Shown: positions 1 through 9,514, counted from the stretch's first letter. The stretch is 54,409 bases of DNA from a virus (IMGVR_UViG_3300023109_001408:1-54409); one strand, 5' to 3'. Notes: generated from the letters alone by a model not told the origin. Made by a program: numbers and translations.

Positions 1-81
1 AGTTATGTGCTATACTTGATAGGTGTACACAGAATTAATTCAATCCAATATGGCCTGGATTGGCAAGAGTTCCTGAGATAA
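1..81 (+). CDS. 3' end of a short DNA polymerase III alpha (DnaE)-like protein (partial, window edge)
   Basis: Not in the ORF track. Frame 1 reads SYVLYLIGVHRINSIQYGLDWQEFLR-stop, resembling the DnaE segment SLVxYxLGITxIDPxxYxLxFERFL that follows the GRGS motif. Confidence 0.6.
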   Translation, partial: SYVLYLIGVHRINSIQYGLDWQEFLR

Positions 82-84
82 GTA
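78..84 (+). promoter_or_regulatory. putative late-promoter box ATAAGTA
   Basis: Variant of the recurring intergenic ATAARTA motif, upstream of the AAGGAG RBS of the ORF at 103. Confidence 0.45.
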
Positions 85-102
85 GAGTATAAGGAGAATA
101 AC

Positions 103-456
103 ATGGCTAGAAAACAAATTGTACATAGATCTATGAGAGGCAAAGTTGTCGACATGGATTTGTTACGTAAGAAGAATGAACTTGTTCCTGCGATCGGTAA
201 TGCAAAAGTAAATGCACGTGGCGACGAATTAGGACCAGGTGGAAAAATTAAAAGAAAAAGAGAAGATATTGTAAAAGATCATTATCAAAAATATGCAAAA
301 GATGAAAGAGGACAACTTGTAAAAACTAAAACAAGTACTACTCCAGTTGATGATATTGCAGAATCTCTAACAGAAACAGAGTTGGAAATGCTCGACGAAT
401 ATGAAGAAGAATGGTTAGAAGACGAAGACGGCAATTTTACAAAAAAAGGTGATTAA
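103..456 (+). CDS. hypothetical phage protein with basic N-terminus and acidic C-terminus
   Basis: AAGGAG RBS; TAATG coupling to the next ORF. Confidence 0.75.
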   Translation: MARKQIVHRSMRGKVVDMDLLRKKNELVPAIGNAKVNARGDELGPGGKIKRKREDIVKDHYQKYAKDERGQLVKTKTSTTPVDDIAESLTETELEMLDEYEEEWLEDEDGNFTKKGD

Positions 457-860
457 TGGCTATAAATTTAGATACAATACACGGAACACTAAAACCGATT
501 AATGATAGAGTTTTAGTTTCCGACATGTACTTTGGAGAACAGACTACAAAAAGTGGGTTGATTCTAAGAAGCGATGACGGAGAAACAAGAGGAATTTATC
601 CTCGTTGGGGAAGAGTACATTCAAAAGGCCCCAACAACACCGAGACATATAAAGTAGGTGATTGGATACTTATTGAACATGGTCGTTGGACTCGTAGTAT
701 TAAAATTGACGAAGGCAATGGTGAAACAGAATTGCGCATGATAGATTCTGACTGTGTACTAGCATTTTCAGATAAAAAGCCCGACGGAGTTCAATTCGGT
801 GCAGAATATGCAGACGGTGAACATGCAACAATTGATCCTTCATCATTTGTTACAGCATAA
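456..860 (+). CDS. groES: GroES/Cpn10-like co-chaperonin
   Basis: LKPINDRVLV and TTKSGLIL mobile-loop motifs, KVGDWIL. Confidence 0.8.
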   Translation: MAINLDTIHGTLKPINDRVLVSDMYFGEQTTKSGLILRSDDGETRGIYPRWGRVHSKGPNNTETYKVGDWILIEHGRWTRSIKIDEGNGETELRMIDSDCVLAFSDKKPDGVQFGAEYADGEHATIDPSSFVTA

Positions 861-870
861 AGAGGTAATA

Positions 871-1224
871 ATGACAAACCCATTTGAAGATATTGAACGC
901 TTCGGTACAGCGTGTGACCAACCAGCAAGTGAAGCAAACTACAAAATGTATCTAAGTCTTATTGACGAAGAAGTAGGTGAGCTTGTAGAAGCAGTAGCAG
1001 CAGATGACAAAGTCGAACAGCTCGACGCACTCATCGACATATTAGTTGTTACTATGGGTGCAGTACGTGCCGCTGGCTGGGACGGAGAAGCAGCCTGGAA
1101 AGAAGTAATGGATACAAACTTTGCTAAGATTGATCCAGACACAGGCAAAGTACGTAAGCGTGAAGACGGTAAAGTACTAAAGCCTGAAGGCTGGAAGGCT
1201 CCTGAACTTGCACAATTCATATAA
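871..1224 (+). CDS. MazG-like / PRA-PH all-alpha NTP pyrophosphohydrolase
   Basis: LIDEEVGEL, DALID, VMDTNFAK and REDGKVLKP motifs; start moved to ATG 871 after a GAGGT RBS. Confidence 0.8.
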   Translation: MTNPFEDIERFGTACDQPASEANYKMYLSLIDEEVGELVEAVAADDKVEQLDALIDILVVTMGAVRAAGWDGEAAWKEVMDTNFAKIDPDTGKVRKREDGKVLKPEGWKAPELAQFI

Positions 1225-1951
1225 CGATAGTAAAGATTACCTAGACTTTCTAGTAAAAAACAATGTTTTTATAACTAAGGAAGAACTAGGTAATCGTAGT
1301 TTAATTGACGGCAATGTTTTAAATCATAATCTAGATTGGAGTATGCTGAATAACACATATAACACTCTTGGTTATGTTGTAATAGATAATTTTTTAAATG
1401 AAGAGTACATTTTAAGATTAAGAGATTTTGTTTTATATTTTAATATGCGACATGATTACTATACAGATTATGCAGCAATTAATTTTACACCAAACGAGCT
1501 TTGGTTTCCGGTGCTCTCAAATATTGTTAAAGAAACAAAAGAAAAACTTCCATTTCTAAGTCAGCTAGATATAGAAAGAGCATGGGCATTCATTTATAAT
1601 CAAACTTCATACGGAGTAGATATTCATGCTGATCCAGGACCTACAAAAAATTCAGCTAACTTAAATTTTTGGGCAACTCCTAATGAATCAGTAAAACATG
1701 ATACTGAAACAAACGGATTATATATTTGGGACACGGCGCCGCCTGCGGACTGGGACTATTACGAAAAGAACTTTAAACCTGATGAAGTAAGAGAATTTTT
1801 AAAGTCTACAGGAAAAGAACCTGTTAGAATTAATTATGGATACAACAGAGCTGTAATATTTAATTCACTATTTTATCATAAGTCACAACCCGTAGAAACA
1901 CTTCCGGGTTACGAAAATAAAAGAATAAATTATACTTTTATGTTTAGATAA
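1208..1951 (+). CDS. 2OG-Fe(II) oxygenase-like protein
   Basis: VVIDNFL, HAD (HxD), NRAVIFNS..YH, and distal R in RINYTFMF. Confidence 0.65.
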   Translation: MHNSYNDSKDYLDFLVKNNVFITKEELGNRSLIDGNVLNHNLDWSMLNNTYNTLGYVVIDNFLNEEYILRLRDFVLYFNMRHDYYTDYAAINFTPNELWFPVLSNIVKETKEKLPFLSQLDIERAWAFIYNQTSYGVDIHADPGPTKNSANLNFWATPNESVKHDTETNGLYIWDTAPPADWDYYEKNFKPDEVREFLKSTGKEPVRINYGYNRAVIFNSLFYHKSQPVETLPGYENKRINYTFMFR

Positions 1952-1954
1952 CTG

Positions 1955-1983
1955 TTGACAATGACATCAAAATGTGTTACTTT
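1955..1983 (+). promoter_or_regulatory. sigma70-type promoter
   Basis: TTGACA-17 bp-TACTTT with extended -10 TG, intergenic. Confidence 0.55.
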
Positions 1984-2010
1984 AATAATATAAACTATTA
2001 AGGAACTCTA

Positions 2011-2538
2011 ATGCCTGTACACGCAATGATTGATTTAGAAACACTACATACTACTCCTCGAACAGCAGTGCTAACAGTAGGGGGTGTAAAATTTAATCCT
2101 TTAGACAACAGCGAACCGCACAGTGAATTTTACTACAAACTAGATCTAGACTCACAGGACAGAGATGTTAGTGACGATACTATTGCCTGGTGGAGCAAGC
2201 AGGATCCTAAAGTACAAGAAGAAGCATTTAGTACTGAAGGACGTGAACACATGGATGTGTTCTTAGATAGTTTGCCTAAGTGGATGGTAGGTGTCGATGT
2301 GCTGTGGGGACACGGCTATGGTTTTGATATTACTATTATTGAAGATATGTTGCGGCAACGTGGTAAACCTATTCCATGGCAGTTTTGGCAAGTGCGAGAT
2401 AGTAGAACATTGTTCAGCATGGCAAAAGTAGATCCACGCAAAGCAATGCAAAGTGATCTGCACAACGCACTAGCAGATGCTTACTTCCAAGCAAAAGGTG
2501 TACAAATGGTATACAAAGAGTTAGGAATACAGCGTTGA
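2011..2538 (+). CDS. DEDDh 3'-5' exonuclease (Rv2179c-like)
   Basis: MIDLET, GFDITI, VRDSRT and HNALADA motifs. Confidence 0.8.
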   Translation: MPVHAMIDLETLHTTPRTAVLTVGGVKFNPLDNSEPHSEFYYKLDLDSQDRDVSDDTIAWWSKQDPKVQEEAFSTEGREHMDVFLDSLPKWMVGVDVLWGHGYGFDITIIEDMLRQRGKPIPWQFWQVRDSRTLFSMAKVDPRKAMQSDLHNALADAYFQAKGVQMVYKELGIQR

Positions 2539-2699
2539 TACGGTGGTATGATTATCCTGCAGCATTTTTAGCAGCAGATGTAATGGTGACTACTGCGTTT
2601 AATATTCCCTGGGTTGGCTTTGTTGTAGCATACGCTATGTATGAATACGGTTGGGAAGCATACTGTCAATGGAGGCATAAGCAAGAATATGAAAGATAG
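2535..2699 (+). CDS. small hydrophobic membrane protein (54 aa, TTG start)
   Basis: Not in the track; read by eye as MIRWYDYPAAFLAADVMVTTAFNIPWVGFVVAYAMYEYGW...; overlaps both neighbours as in a coupled operon. Confidence 0.5.
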   Translation: MIRWYDYPAAFLAADVMVTTAFNIPWVGFVVAYAMYEYGWEAYCQWRHKQEYER

Positions 2700-2838
2700 A
2701 CTTACAATTAAACCAACAAATGCCAAACTTAACAAGCATAGTTTAGCTGAGTTAGATGAAGTACTGGATCAAATACAAATTTCGCCTGCTTGGATAGCAA
2801 AACTAGAACAAATTATAGAGGATGCTAACTCAAAATGA
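2689..2838 (+). CDS. small hypothetical protein
   Basis: ATG 2689 after GGAGG; in frame with track ORF 2641..2838. Confidence 0.5.
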   Translation: MKDRLTIKPTNAKLNKHSLAELDEVLDQIQISPAWIAKLEQIIEDANSK

Positions 2839-3125
2839 ATGATAGTCCTATAAACACATTACAACAGTTGATGTGTATTACTATGGAAGAGTGCGGCGAA
2901 CTAACGCAACGCTGTTCAAAGATAATGCGCAAGTTTGAGTACAAAGAAGAAATAACAGAAGAACAGCGCATTAAACTTCTTGAAGAAGTAGGTGATGTTT
3001 ATTGTATGATTAATCTAATGACAGAATATGGCATCTTAGATTGGAAACACATTTATGCACGTAGCAGTGTAAAAGAAGATAAACTAAAAAAATGGAGTAC
3101 ACTAATCGATGTCAATGAATCATAG
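2835..3125 (+). CDS. MazG-like nucleotide pyrophosphohydrolase
   Basis: MEECGEL and LLEEVGDV (EExxE...EExxD) motifs. Confidence 0.7.
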   Translation: MNDSPINTLQQLMCITMEECGELTQRCSKIMRKFEYKEEITEEQRIKLLEEVGDVYCMINLMTEYGILDWKHIYARSSVKEDKLKKWSTLIDVNES

Positions 3126-3297
3126 TCCAAATAAAAAAGATGAAGAACTTGAACGAATGAAGGCAGAGTTCCTTGCTAAGGGTGGTAAAGTTACTAAAGG
3201 TGAAACTAAGGCTATGCCCAGTGAACTCGGTATTAGTAACAATCAATGGAATAACAAACTGTCTAAAGCAGAAAAAGATGCTAAAGCTGGTAAATGA
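3109..3297 (+). CDS. small hypothetical protein
   Basis: EFLAKGGKVTK motif, common in small phage proteins; coupled ORF. Confidence 0.55.
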   Translation: MSMNHSPNKKDEELERMKAEFLAKGGKVTKGETKAMPSELGISNNQWNNKLSKAEKDAKAGK

Positions 3298-3298
3298 A

Positions 3299-3436
3299 AT
3301 GACAAGAAAGAATAATAGTTATGCTAAACTATATAAAAAGTGGAAGCATCATTTAAGCAATAGTCGCTTATGTGAAAAAGAAATTATTCGTCGAGCAAAA
3401 AGTTTTACCAAAAAAGGTATGCAAGTACCAGAATGA
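3299..3436 (+). CDS. small basic hypothetical protein
   Basis: ATG 3299 directly after the previous stop; in frame with track ORF 3173..3436. Confidence 0.4.
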   Translation: MTRKNNSYAKLYKKWKHHLSNSRLCEKEIIRRAKSFTKKGMQVPE

Positions 3437-3464
3437 AAAAATTTAAAAATATAAAGGACTTTTA

Positions 3465-3803
3465 ATGAAATACGTTATTGATATCGACGGCACTATTTGT
3501 CAAGAAGTTTACTTTATGGATGGCAGTGGTAAAAAAGACTATGCTAATCATATTCCAATGCCAGAGCGTATTGCACGAGTAAACGCATTGTACGATGCAG
3601 GACACACAATAAAATATATGACAGCACGTGGCTGTGTAAGCGGTGTAAACTATTATGAACTTACATACAAACAACTGATGGATTGGGGTGCAAAGCATCA
3701 CGAACTAAGCGTAGGTGAAAAAGAAAACTACGATGTGTGGATTGACGACAAAGCATTTTGGAGTGAAAACTTCTTCCGTGAAACAGGTGAAACATATGAG
3801 TGA
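3465..3803 (+). CDS. HAD-superfamily phosphatase (capsule-biosynthesis phosphatase-like)
   Basis: DIDGT motif I, TARG motif II, WIDDKA motif IV. Confidence 0.75.
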   Translation: MKYVIDIDGTICQEVYFMDGSGKKDYANHIPMPERIARVNALYDAGHTIKYMTARGCVSGVNYYELTYKQLMDWGAKHHELSVGEKENYDVWIDDKAFWSENFFRETGETYE

Positions 3804-4605
3804 TCATAGATTTATTGCAGCAATGGATCACAGTGGTGGTTCAACAGGTGGCGTACTAGAACGCTACGGACAAGCGTACACAGAAGCAGACAAGATGGAG
3901 AAAGTTCATGCTATGCGTCTTAGAATGGTCAACAGTCCTGACTTCAACGACAAAAACATCTGGGGAGCAATCCTCTACCAAGACACAGTTACACGTGGCA
4001 TGGTTAACATCTTGGATGAAAAAGGCATTGACACGTTCCTAAAGATTGACAGTGGCTGTGATGCTGACGGGACACTCAAACAGTTTCCAGTAAAACAGAT
4101 GTTAGAGTTTGCTACAAATGGTATTGGTCCTCGAATCTACGGCACTAAGATGCGTAGCATTGTACATGGTACAGGTATGATTCATCCTGTTCTTAAACAA
4201 CAATTTACACTTGCTCGTACTATTTGGGATTACGGGCTTGTGCCAATCATTGAACCTGAAGTACCCATTGACCATCCTATCAAAGGCGAAGTCGAAGATG
4301 CTCTTATGTATCACTTGCAAGAGTTCTTAGATGAGTATCCAGGTAAATGTATTCTCAAACTAACACCACCTGAAAAGCCAAACCTATATCATAATCTTAC
4401 AGTGTTTCCTAATGTAGAACGTGTTGTGTTTCTAAGTGGCGGATACAGCACAGCAGAAGCATGTAATAGGCTAGGTCTTAATGATGATGTAAGTGCGAGC
4501 TTTAGTAGAGCATTGTCAGAAGGATTACGTTTTGACTTGACTGATGAGGAGTTTGATGCTACAATTAGTAATAATATTAAAATGATAACAGAGGCAAGCG
4601 AATGA
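3796..4605 (+). CDS. class I fructose-bisphosphate aldolase (bacterial type)
   Basis: FIAAMDHSGGST, FLKIDSG, GTKMRS, PIIEPEV, LSGGYS and ASFSRAL motifs; start moved to ATG 3796. Confidence 0.85.
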   Translation: MSDHRFIAAMDHSGGSTGGVLERYGQAYTEADKMEKVHAMRLRMVNSPDFNDKNIWGAILYQDTVTRGMVNILDEKGIDTFLKIDSGCDADGTLKQFPVKQMLEFATNGIGPRIYGTKMRSIVHGTGMIHPVLKQQFTLARTIWDYGLVPIIEPEVPIDHPIKGEVEDALMYHLQEFLDEYPGKCILKLTPPEKPNLYHNLTVFPNVERVVFLSGGYSTAEACNRLGLNDDVSASFSRALSEGLRFDLTDEEFDATISNNIKMITEASE

Positions 4606-5516
4606 AAGAATTATGGGTAGAGAAATATCGTCCTAAAAGTGTAGATGGTTATGTGTTCCGCGATGACAATCAACGTGAACAGATCAAAGGCTGGATTGAT
4701 AGTGGAAGTATCCCGCACATTCTACTAAGTGGTAGTGCCGGACTGGGTAAAACTACTATTGCTAAGATTCTTATCAATCAACTAGATGTGCAAGACACTG
4801 ATGTACTGATTGCCAACGGATCTAAGGAAGCACGTAAGATTGAATGGGTTGACAAACTTATTACATTCTGTCAGACTATGCCGTTTGGTGATTTTAAAGT
4901 TGTGTTGATTGACGAAGCAGACTACATGAATATCAACAGTGTGCAGCCTGCACTACGTAACTTGATGGAAGACTACAGTCACAGTGTACGCTTTATTCTA
5001 ACATGCAACTATCCCAACAAGATTATGCCAGCTATACACAGTCGTTGTCAGCACATGCACATTGCAAAGATTGATCAGGTAGAGTTTACAGCACGTATGG
5101 CAGAGATCTTGCTTACAGAGGGTGTACAGTTTGAGCTAGACACCTTAGATACATATGTTAAAGCGTATTATCCAGACTTGCGCAAGTGTATTAACACAGT
5201 ACAGCTAGAAGCACAAACAGGCACTCTAGTTAGCAAAAATGCCGACGCTAATACAGATGACTACAAACTTAAAATGGTTGACTTGTTTAAAGCAGGCAAA
5301 ATTACAGAAGCACGTAAACTTATTTGTAGCCAAGTGTTGCCAGAAGAAATGGATGAGATCTATCGTTGGCTGTATGACAATATTGAATTGTTCGGAAATG
5401 AAGAACAACAAGACTCAGCTGTGCTAATTATTAAACAAGGGTTAGTTGATCATGCATTGGTTGCTGATCCGGAGATTAACTTAGCGGCAACGCTAATTAG
5501 ACTTGCAAGAATATGA
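4602..5516 (+). CDS. clamp loader AAA+ subunit (RFC small / T4 gp44-like)
   Basis: WVEKYRP, Walker A GSAGLGKT, IDEAD, SRC motif, DLRK. Confidence 0.9.
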   Translation: MKELWVEKYRPKSVDGYVFRDDNQREQIKGWIDSGSIPHILLSGSAGLGKTTIAKILINQLDVQDTDVLIANGSKEARKIEWVDKLITFCQTMPFGDFKVVLIDEADYMNINSVQPALRNLMEDYSHSVRFILTCNYPNKIMPAIHSRCQHMHIAKIDQVEFTARMAEILLTEGVQFELDTLDTYVKAYYPDLRKCINTVQLEAQTGTLVSKNADANTDDYKLKMVDLFKAGKITEARKLICSQVLPEEMDEIYRWLYDNIELFGNEEQQDSAVLIIKQGLVDHALVADPEINLAATLIRLARI

Positions 5517-5650
5517 ATACAATAAAAAAAGACTTAAAACAACTAGGACTAATAGCAGGCAAGAAAAAAACTAGACAAATGACATTGGTTGGTATAGTTT
5601 CTGCTGTAGTATTATTAATAATGTTCGCAACAAGCGGAGTATTGAATTGA
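5513..5650 (+). CDS. small membrane protein (45 aa)
   Basis: Not in the track; overlaps the previous stop and the ferredoxin start; hydrophobic C-terminus [22 protein letters not shown]. Confidence 0.45.
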   Translation: MNTIKKDLKQLGLIAGKKKTRQMTLVGIVSAVVLLIMFATSGVLN

Positions 5651-5997
5651 CGTATCTCGTAACTGACAATTGTATTATGTGTAAAAACATGGACTGTGTA
5701 GAAGTGTGCCCAGTTGATTGTTTTTATGAAGGTGAAAACTTCTTAGTAATTAATCCAGACGAATGTATTGATTGCGGAGTATGTGAGCCGGAATGTGGTC
5801 CTGGCGCAATAATGGCAGATAATGCATTTACTACAACTGAAGAACATGACAAATGGTTTAATATTAATAAAAAGTATGGGTACGAATGGCCGGTGATTAC
5901 TGAAATGGGAACTCCGCCAGAGGATGCTGCTAAGTACGAAGGCGAACCTAACAAATTAGAAAAGTATGGAATTATTCCAATTAAGGACATAACATGA
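5647..5997 (+). CDS. fdxA: FdxA-type dicluster ferredoxin
   Basis: [17 protein letters not shown] and [11 protein letters not shown] motifs; TTG start. Confidence 0.88.
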   Translation: MTYLVTDNCIMCKNMDCVEVCPVDCFYEGENFLVINPDECIDCGVCEPECGPGAIMADNAFTTTEEHDKWFNINKKYGYEWPVITEMGTPPEDAAKYEGEPNKLEKYGIIPIKDIT

Positions 5998-6587
5998 TTA
6001 AGGCAATTTTAGCGTGTGACGACTATGGTGGTGTAAGTAGAAAAGGAACACTTCCTTGGCCCAACAACAGTACAGATCTTAAATGGTTTAAAGAGAACAC
6101 AGCAGGACACATTGTAGTAATGGGATCTACTACTTGGGAAGATCCTGGTATGCCGCGTCCGTTGCCTAAAAGAGTGAATGTACTAGTAACTAGTAGACCA
6201 GACGACTATCCTGGAGCGCATGGTTATATCAACGGAGATGTTAATGCACATTTGCGTAGTTTAGAAATAGAATCACCAGATTTAATAACTTGGGTCATTG
6301 GCGGTCCTAACATTATCGAACAGTCACTAGGAGTTATTGACGAATTTTATCTAAGTCGTATTCCCGGAGCATATGCTTGTGATACATTTTTACCGTTAAA
6401 GAAAATTGAATCAATATTTGAAAATACTTGGTCAGAAGATCATGGCGATGTAGAATTTCAAATTTGGAAGAAGCGATCAACAAATTATAAACATATACAG
6501 CAAGATTTAACACAACTTAATGGCGAAGGCAATCGTGATAGAGGACGATACGGAGAAGATGAAAGCCAAATCGGAGTGAATACATGA
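5994..6587 (+). CDS. folA: dihydrofolate reductase with a C-terminal extension
   Basis: LPWP, DLKWFK, VVMGSTT, PLPKR.N.VT, VIGG and DTF motifs. Confidence 0.88.
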   Translation: MIKAILACDDYGGVSRKGTLPWPNNSTDLKWFKENTAGHIVVMGSTTWEDPGMPRPLPKRVNVLVTSRPDDYPGAHGYINGDVNAHLRSLEIESPDLITWVIGGPNIIEQSLGVIDEFYLSRIPGAYACDTFLPLKKIESIFENTWSEDHGDVEFQIWKKRSTNYKHIQQDLTQLNGEGNRDRGRYGEDESQIGVNT

Positions 6588-7450
6588 AGCAATATTTAGA
6601 CGCATTACATCACATTTTATTACACGGCAAAGACCGCGACGACAGAACAGGCGTAGGCACACGCGGTGTATTTGGCTATCAAATGCGTTTTGATTTGCGC
6701 AACGAATTTCCTGCTGTAACTACAAAGAAACTTGCATGGAAAAGTGTTGTAAGTGAACTACTGTGGTTCTTAGAAGGAAGCAGTGACGAACGTAGACTTG
6801 CTGAAATACACTATGGTAAACCTAGAGAAGAGCTAGTAGGCAAAACAACTATTTGGACTGCCAACGCGGACAAACAAGCAAAGGACTTAGGTTATGTTAA
6901 CACAGACACCATAAAGGACCTAGGCCCTGTGTACGGTCATCAATGGCGTACTTGGGATGCTGCTCTTGGTTTTGTAGATCAGATTGCAGAAGTATTAGAA
7001 AATATGCATTATGATCCAAATAGTAGACGTCATATTGTAAGTGCGTGGAACGCTGATAGAGTAAATGTAATGGCATTACCGCCCTGTCATACTATGTTTC
7101 AGTTCCATATACAGGACGGCGAACTAAGTTGTCAACTGTATCAACGCAGTGCTGATATGTTCTTAGGCGTACCCTTTAATATAGCATCATACAGCTTGCT
7201 CACACACATGTTTGCACAACTGCTGGGATTAAAAGTAGGCGATTTTATATGGACTGGCGGAGATTGTCATATCTATAAAAATCATTTTGAGCAAGTGCAA
7301 CAACAAATTATTAGAGACCCACGCAAAGGCCCTACATTGCTGATGCCTAACTTTACAGACTTGGAAGAATTAACAAATACTACACCTGATCAATACGAAT
7401 TGTTAAATTATGATCCAATGCTTAGTATCAAGGCACCAATGGCAATATGA
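6584..7450 (+). CDS. thyA: thymidylate synthase
   Basis: DRTGVGT, LGPVYGHQWR, ALPPCH, YQRSADMFLGVPFNIASY, GDCHIY. Confidence 0.97.
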   Translation: MKQYLDALHHILLHGKDRDDRTGVGTRGVFGYQMRFDLRNEFPAVTTKKLAWKSVVSELLWFLEGSSDERRLAEIHYGKPREELVGKTTIWTANADKQAKDLGYVNTDTIKDLGPVYGHQWRTWDAALGFVDQIAEVLENMHYDPNSRRHIVSAWNADRVNVMALPPCHTMFQFHIQDGELSCQLYQRSADMFLGVPFNIASYSLLTHMFAQLLGLKVGDFIWTGGDCHIYKNHFEQVQQQIIRDPRKGPTLLMPNFTDLEELTNTTPDQYELLNYDPMLSIKAPMAI

Positions 7451-8181
7451 TAAAACCTTATCAAATATACTTTGAAACAGACAATTGGGCAATAAGGAAA
7501 TACGCTCCTATACGACCTGCAAATGAATTTATTCCTGATAAATTTTCATCAATGGCGCCATTTGTTAATAAGCAGCCACATAGAATTGATAGTATAAAAA
7601 CTGTAAGAGCATGTCCTGGAATAAGCGAATATTTTGGTTTAGGATATGTTATACCTGCTTGGTGTGATATTGAAATTAATCCTATGCCAAATGGCGAAGT
7701 ACATGCAAGGTATTGCGATCCTACCTTCCATCATGCAATTCATTCACCTGAACAGATTGAAAACTTTATGGAAGAAACTTTTAAAGTACGTTCTCCTATA
7801 AAATTAGATAATCCTTGGAGGACATATACTACAAAAGGTTGGAGTTTACTGTACCTTCCAATGTTATATCACGAAGAACAAAATTGGCAAGCAATGCCAG
7901 GTATAATTGATCACGATATTGGTGCTTTGCAGAGTCCTATTAATATCATGTTGAAACAACCAATGCCTACTCTAATTAAACAAGGAGATCCTCTGTGTCA
8001 AGTAATACCTATTCAGAGAAATGACATATTAGCAAGGACTGGTGATATACGAGATAGTACAAAACTTAGAGATAAGTCGATTATACAATCAATGTTTATG
8101 TCTTTTAAGGGATGGGCAGGACTTATGCGAGAACATAAACGCTATAAAGTTGATGCACATGACACAGATTTGCCAGAATGA
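7447..8181 (+). CDS. hypothetical protein, possible degenerate dUTPase-like beta fold; paralog of 26002..26703
   Basis: Shares CPG..F..G..IP.W.DI, KL.NPW and [IL]K.G.....[IT]P motifs with 26002..26703. Confidence 0.6.
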   Translation: MIKPYQIYFETDNWAIRKYAPIRPANEFIPDKFSSMAPFVNKQPHRIDSIKTVRACPGISEYFGLGYVIPAWCDIEINPMPNGEVHARYCDPTFHHAIHSPEQIENFMEETFKVRSPIKLDNPWRTYTTKGWSLLYLPMLYHEEQNWQAMPGIIDHDIGALQSPINIMLKQPMPTLIKQGDPLCQVIPIQRNDILARTGDIRDSTKLRDKSIIQSMFMSFKGWAGLMREHKRYKVDAHDTDLPE

Positions 8182-8408
8182 TGGGTAACAATTGGCGCAA
8201 AGACAAGCCTGACGAATTTCATGAAGAAAAGTTTGCGTGGTGGCCTGTTCGAAGTACGTTTAATAAAAAAATAATATGGTTATCAAAATATCATATTGTA
8301 CACGTACTATATGATGATACAGGACGTCCTCCGATCAAAAGCCCAAGTTGGCCTTTGACTTATACTAAAAATGAATACTTAATGTTGTTGTTGAGAAATG
8401 AAAGATAA
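8178..8408 (+). CDS. hypothetical protein
   Basis: Coupled ORF; FAWWPV motif. Confidence 0.6.
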   Translation: MMGNNWRKDKPDEFHEEKFAWWPVRSTFNKKIIWLSKYHIVHVLYDDTGRPPIKSPSWPLTYTKNEYLMLLLRNER

Positions 8409-8820
8409 ATTTATAAAAGCATATATGGAAGTGGCCAACACGTTTGCCAATCTTAGTACAGCTAGGCGTCTACAAGTTGGTGCTATTGTTGTTAAGGATG
8501 ATAGAATTATTTCTATTGGCTATAATGGTATGCCTACTGGTTGGGACAACTGTTGTGAAGACGAAAACAATAAATCTAAACCAGAAGTTTTACATGCAGA
8601 GAGCAACGCTATTGCTAAACTAGCAAAAAGCAGTGAAAGTGGAGAAGGTGCAAGTATTTTTATTACACATGCGCCTTGTATAGATTGTGCAAAACTAATC
8701 TATCAAAGTGGAATAGCCACTGTATACTACGAAAATAGTTATCGTAGTACACAGGGCATAGAGTTCTTAATTAAGTCAGGTGTTTCTATTCATCACCGTA
8801 CACTTGAAGAACAGCCTTAA
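8398..8820 (+). CDS. dCMP deaminase
   Basis: VGAIVV, IGYNG, HAESNAI and PCIDC zinc motifs. Confidence 0.92.
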   Translation: MKDKFIKAYMEVANTFANLSTARRLQVGAIVVKDDRIISIGYNGMPTGWDNCCEDENNKSKPEVLHAESNAIAKLAKSSESGEGASIFITHAPCIDCAKLIYQSGIATVYYENSYRSTQGIEFLIKSGVSIHHRTLEEQP

Positions 8821-9514
8821 CGGCAGCGTGTCTTTCTATATCTCCTTGATCGAAGTGGACTATGTCCAAACATGTTTGATTGCTTTTTTCCATTAGGTTT
8901 GTAAAGTCAATTAGTCCGTTGTCTTTTAAACGGTCTGCTTGGTTTAAATCGCCTGTTACAGCCATCATACTTCCTTCGCCCAATCGTGTTAATAACATTT
9001 TCATCTGGTTTGGTGTTGCATTTTGCATTTCATCTGCTAAAATGAACGAGTTTTTGAAAGTTCTGCCACGCATATATGCTAGTGGTGATATTTCAATAAT
9101 GCCTTCTTGAATCATTCCAGTGATCTCAGCAGCGTTAAAATATTCTTTTAACACATCAAAAATAGGTCTTGTCCAAGGCGCCATTTTTTCTTCTAGCGTA
9201 CCTGGTAAAAATCCTAGATCTTCATCAACTGAAACAGCCGGGCGAGTAACAATAATTTTGTCAACAGCACCTTCTTTAAACAGTTTAACAGCAACTTGCA
9301 CAGCCAATAGAGTTTTGCCCGTTCCTGCTGGACCGATGCCAAAGACTATGTCTTTTGTTTCGTCGAGCAGTGATAGCACGTATGACTCTTGATTTCTATT
9401 TCTTGGAAGTATGTTTACCTGTTTACTAGGCTTTTGGAATGGTTTAATATCAACTACGTTGTTGTAGCCTTTGTTTGAATTGCGCTTTTCAGCAGCTTTT
9501 CGTTTAGCACCCAT
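8786..9514 (-). CDS. phoH: PhoH-like ATPase
   Basis: GPAGTGKT, LGFLPG, YMRGRTF, DEMQN, TGDLNQAD; start moved to 9514 after AGGAGG. Confidence 0.92.
   Translation of the reverse strand: MGAKRKAAEKRNSNKGYNNVVDIKPFQKPSKQVNILPRNRNQESYVLSLLDETKDIVFGIGPAGTGKTLLAVQVAVKLFKEGAVDKIIVTRPAVSVDEDLGFLPGTLEEKMAPWTRPIFDVLKEYFNAAEITGMIQEGIIEISPLAYMRGRTFKNSFILADEMQNATPNQMKMLLTRLGEGSMMAVTGDLNQADRLKDNGLIDFTNLMEKSNQTCLDIVHFDQGDIERHAAVKAVLQVYGDE

Noticed and set aside
41-62. Hairpin CAATCCA/TGGATTG as a terminator
   Set aside because: It lies inside the DnaE-like coding sequence and has no U-tract.
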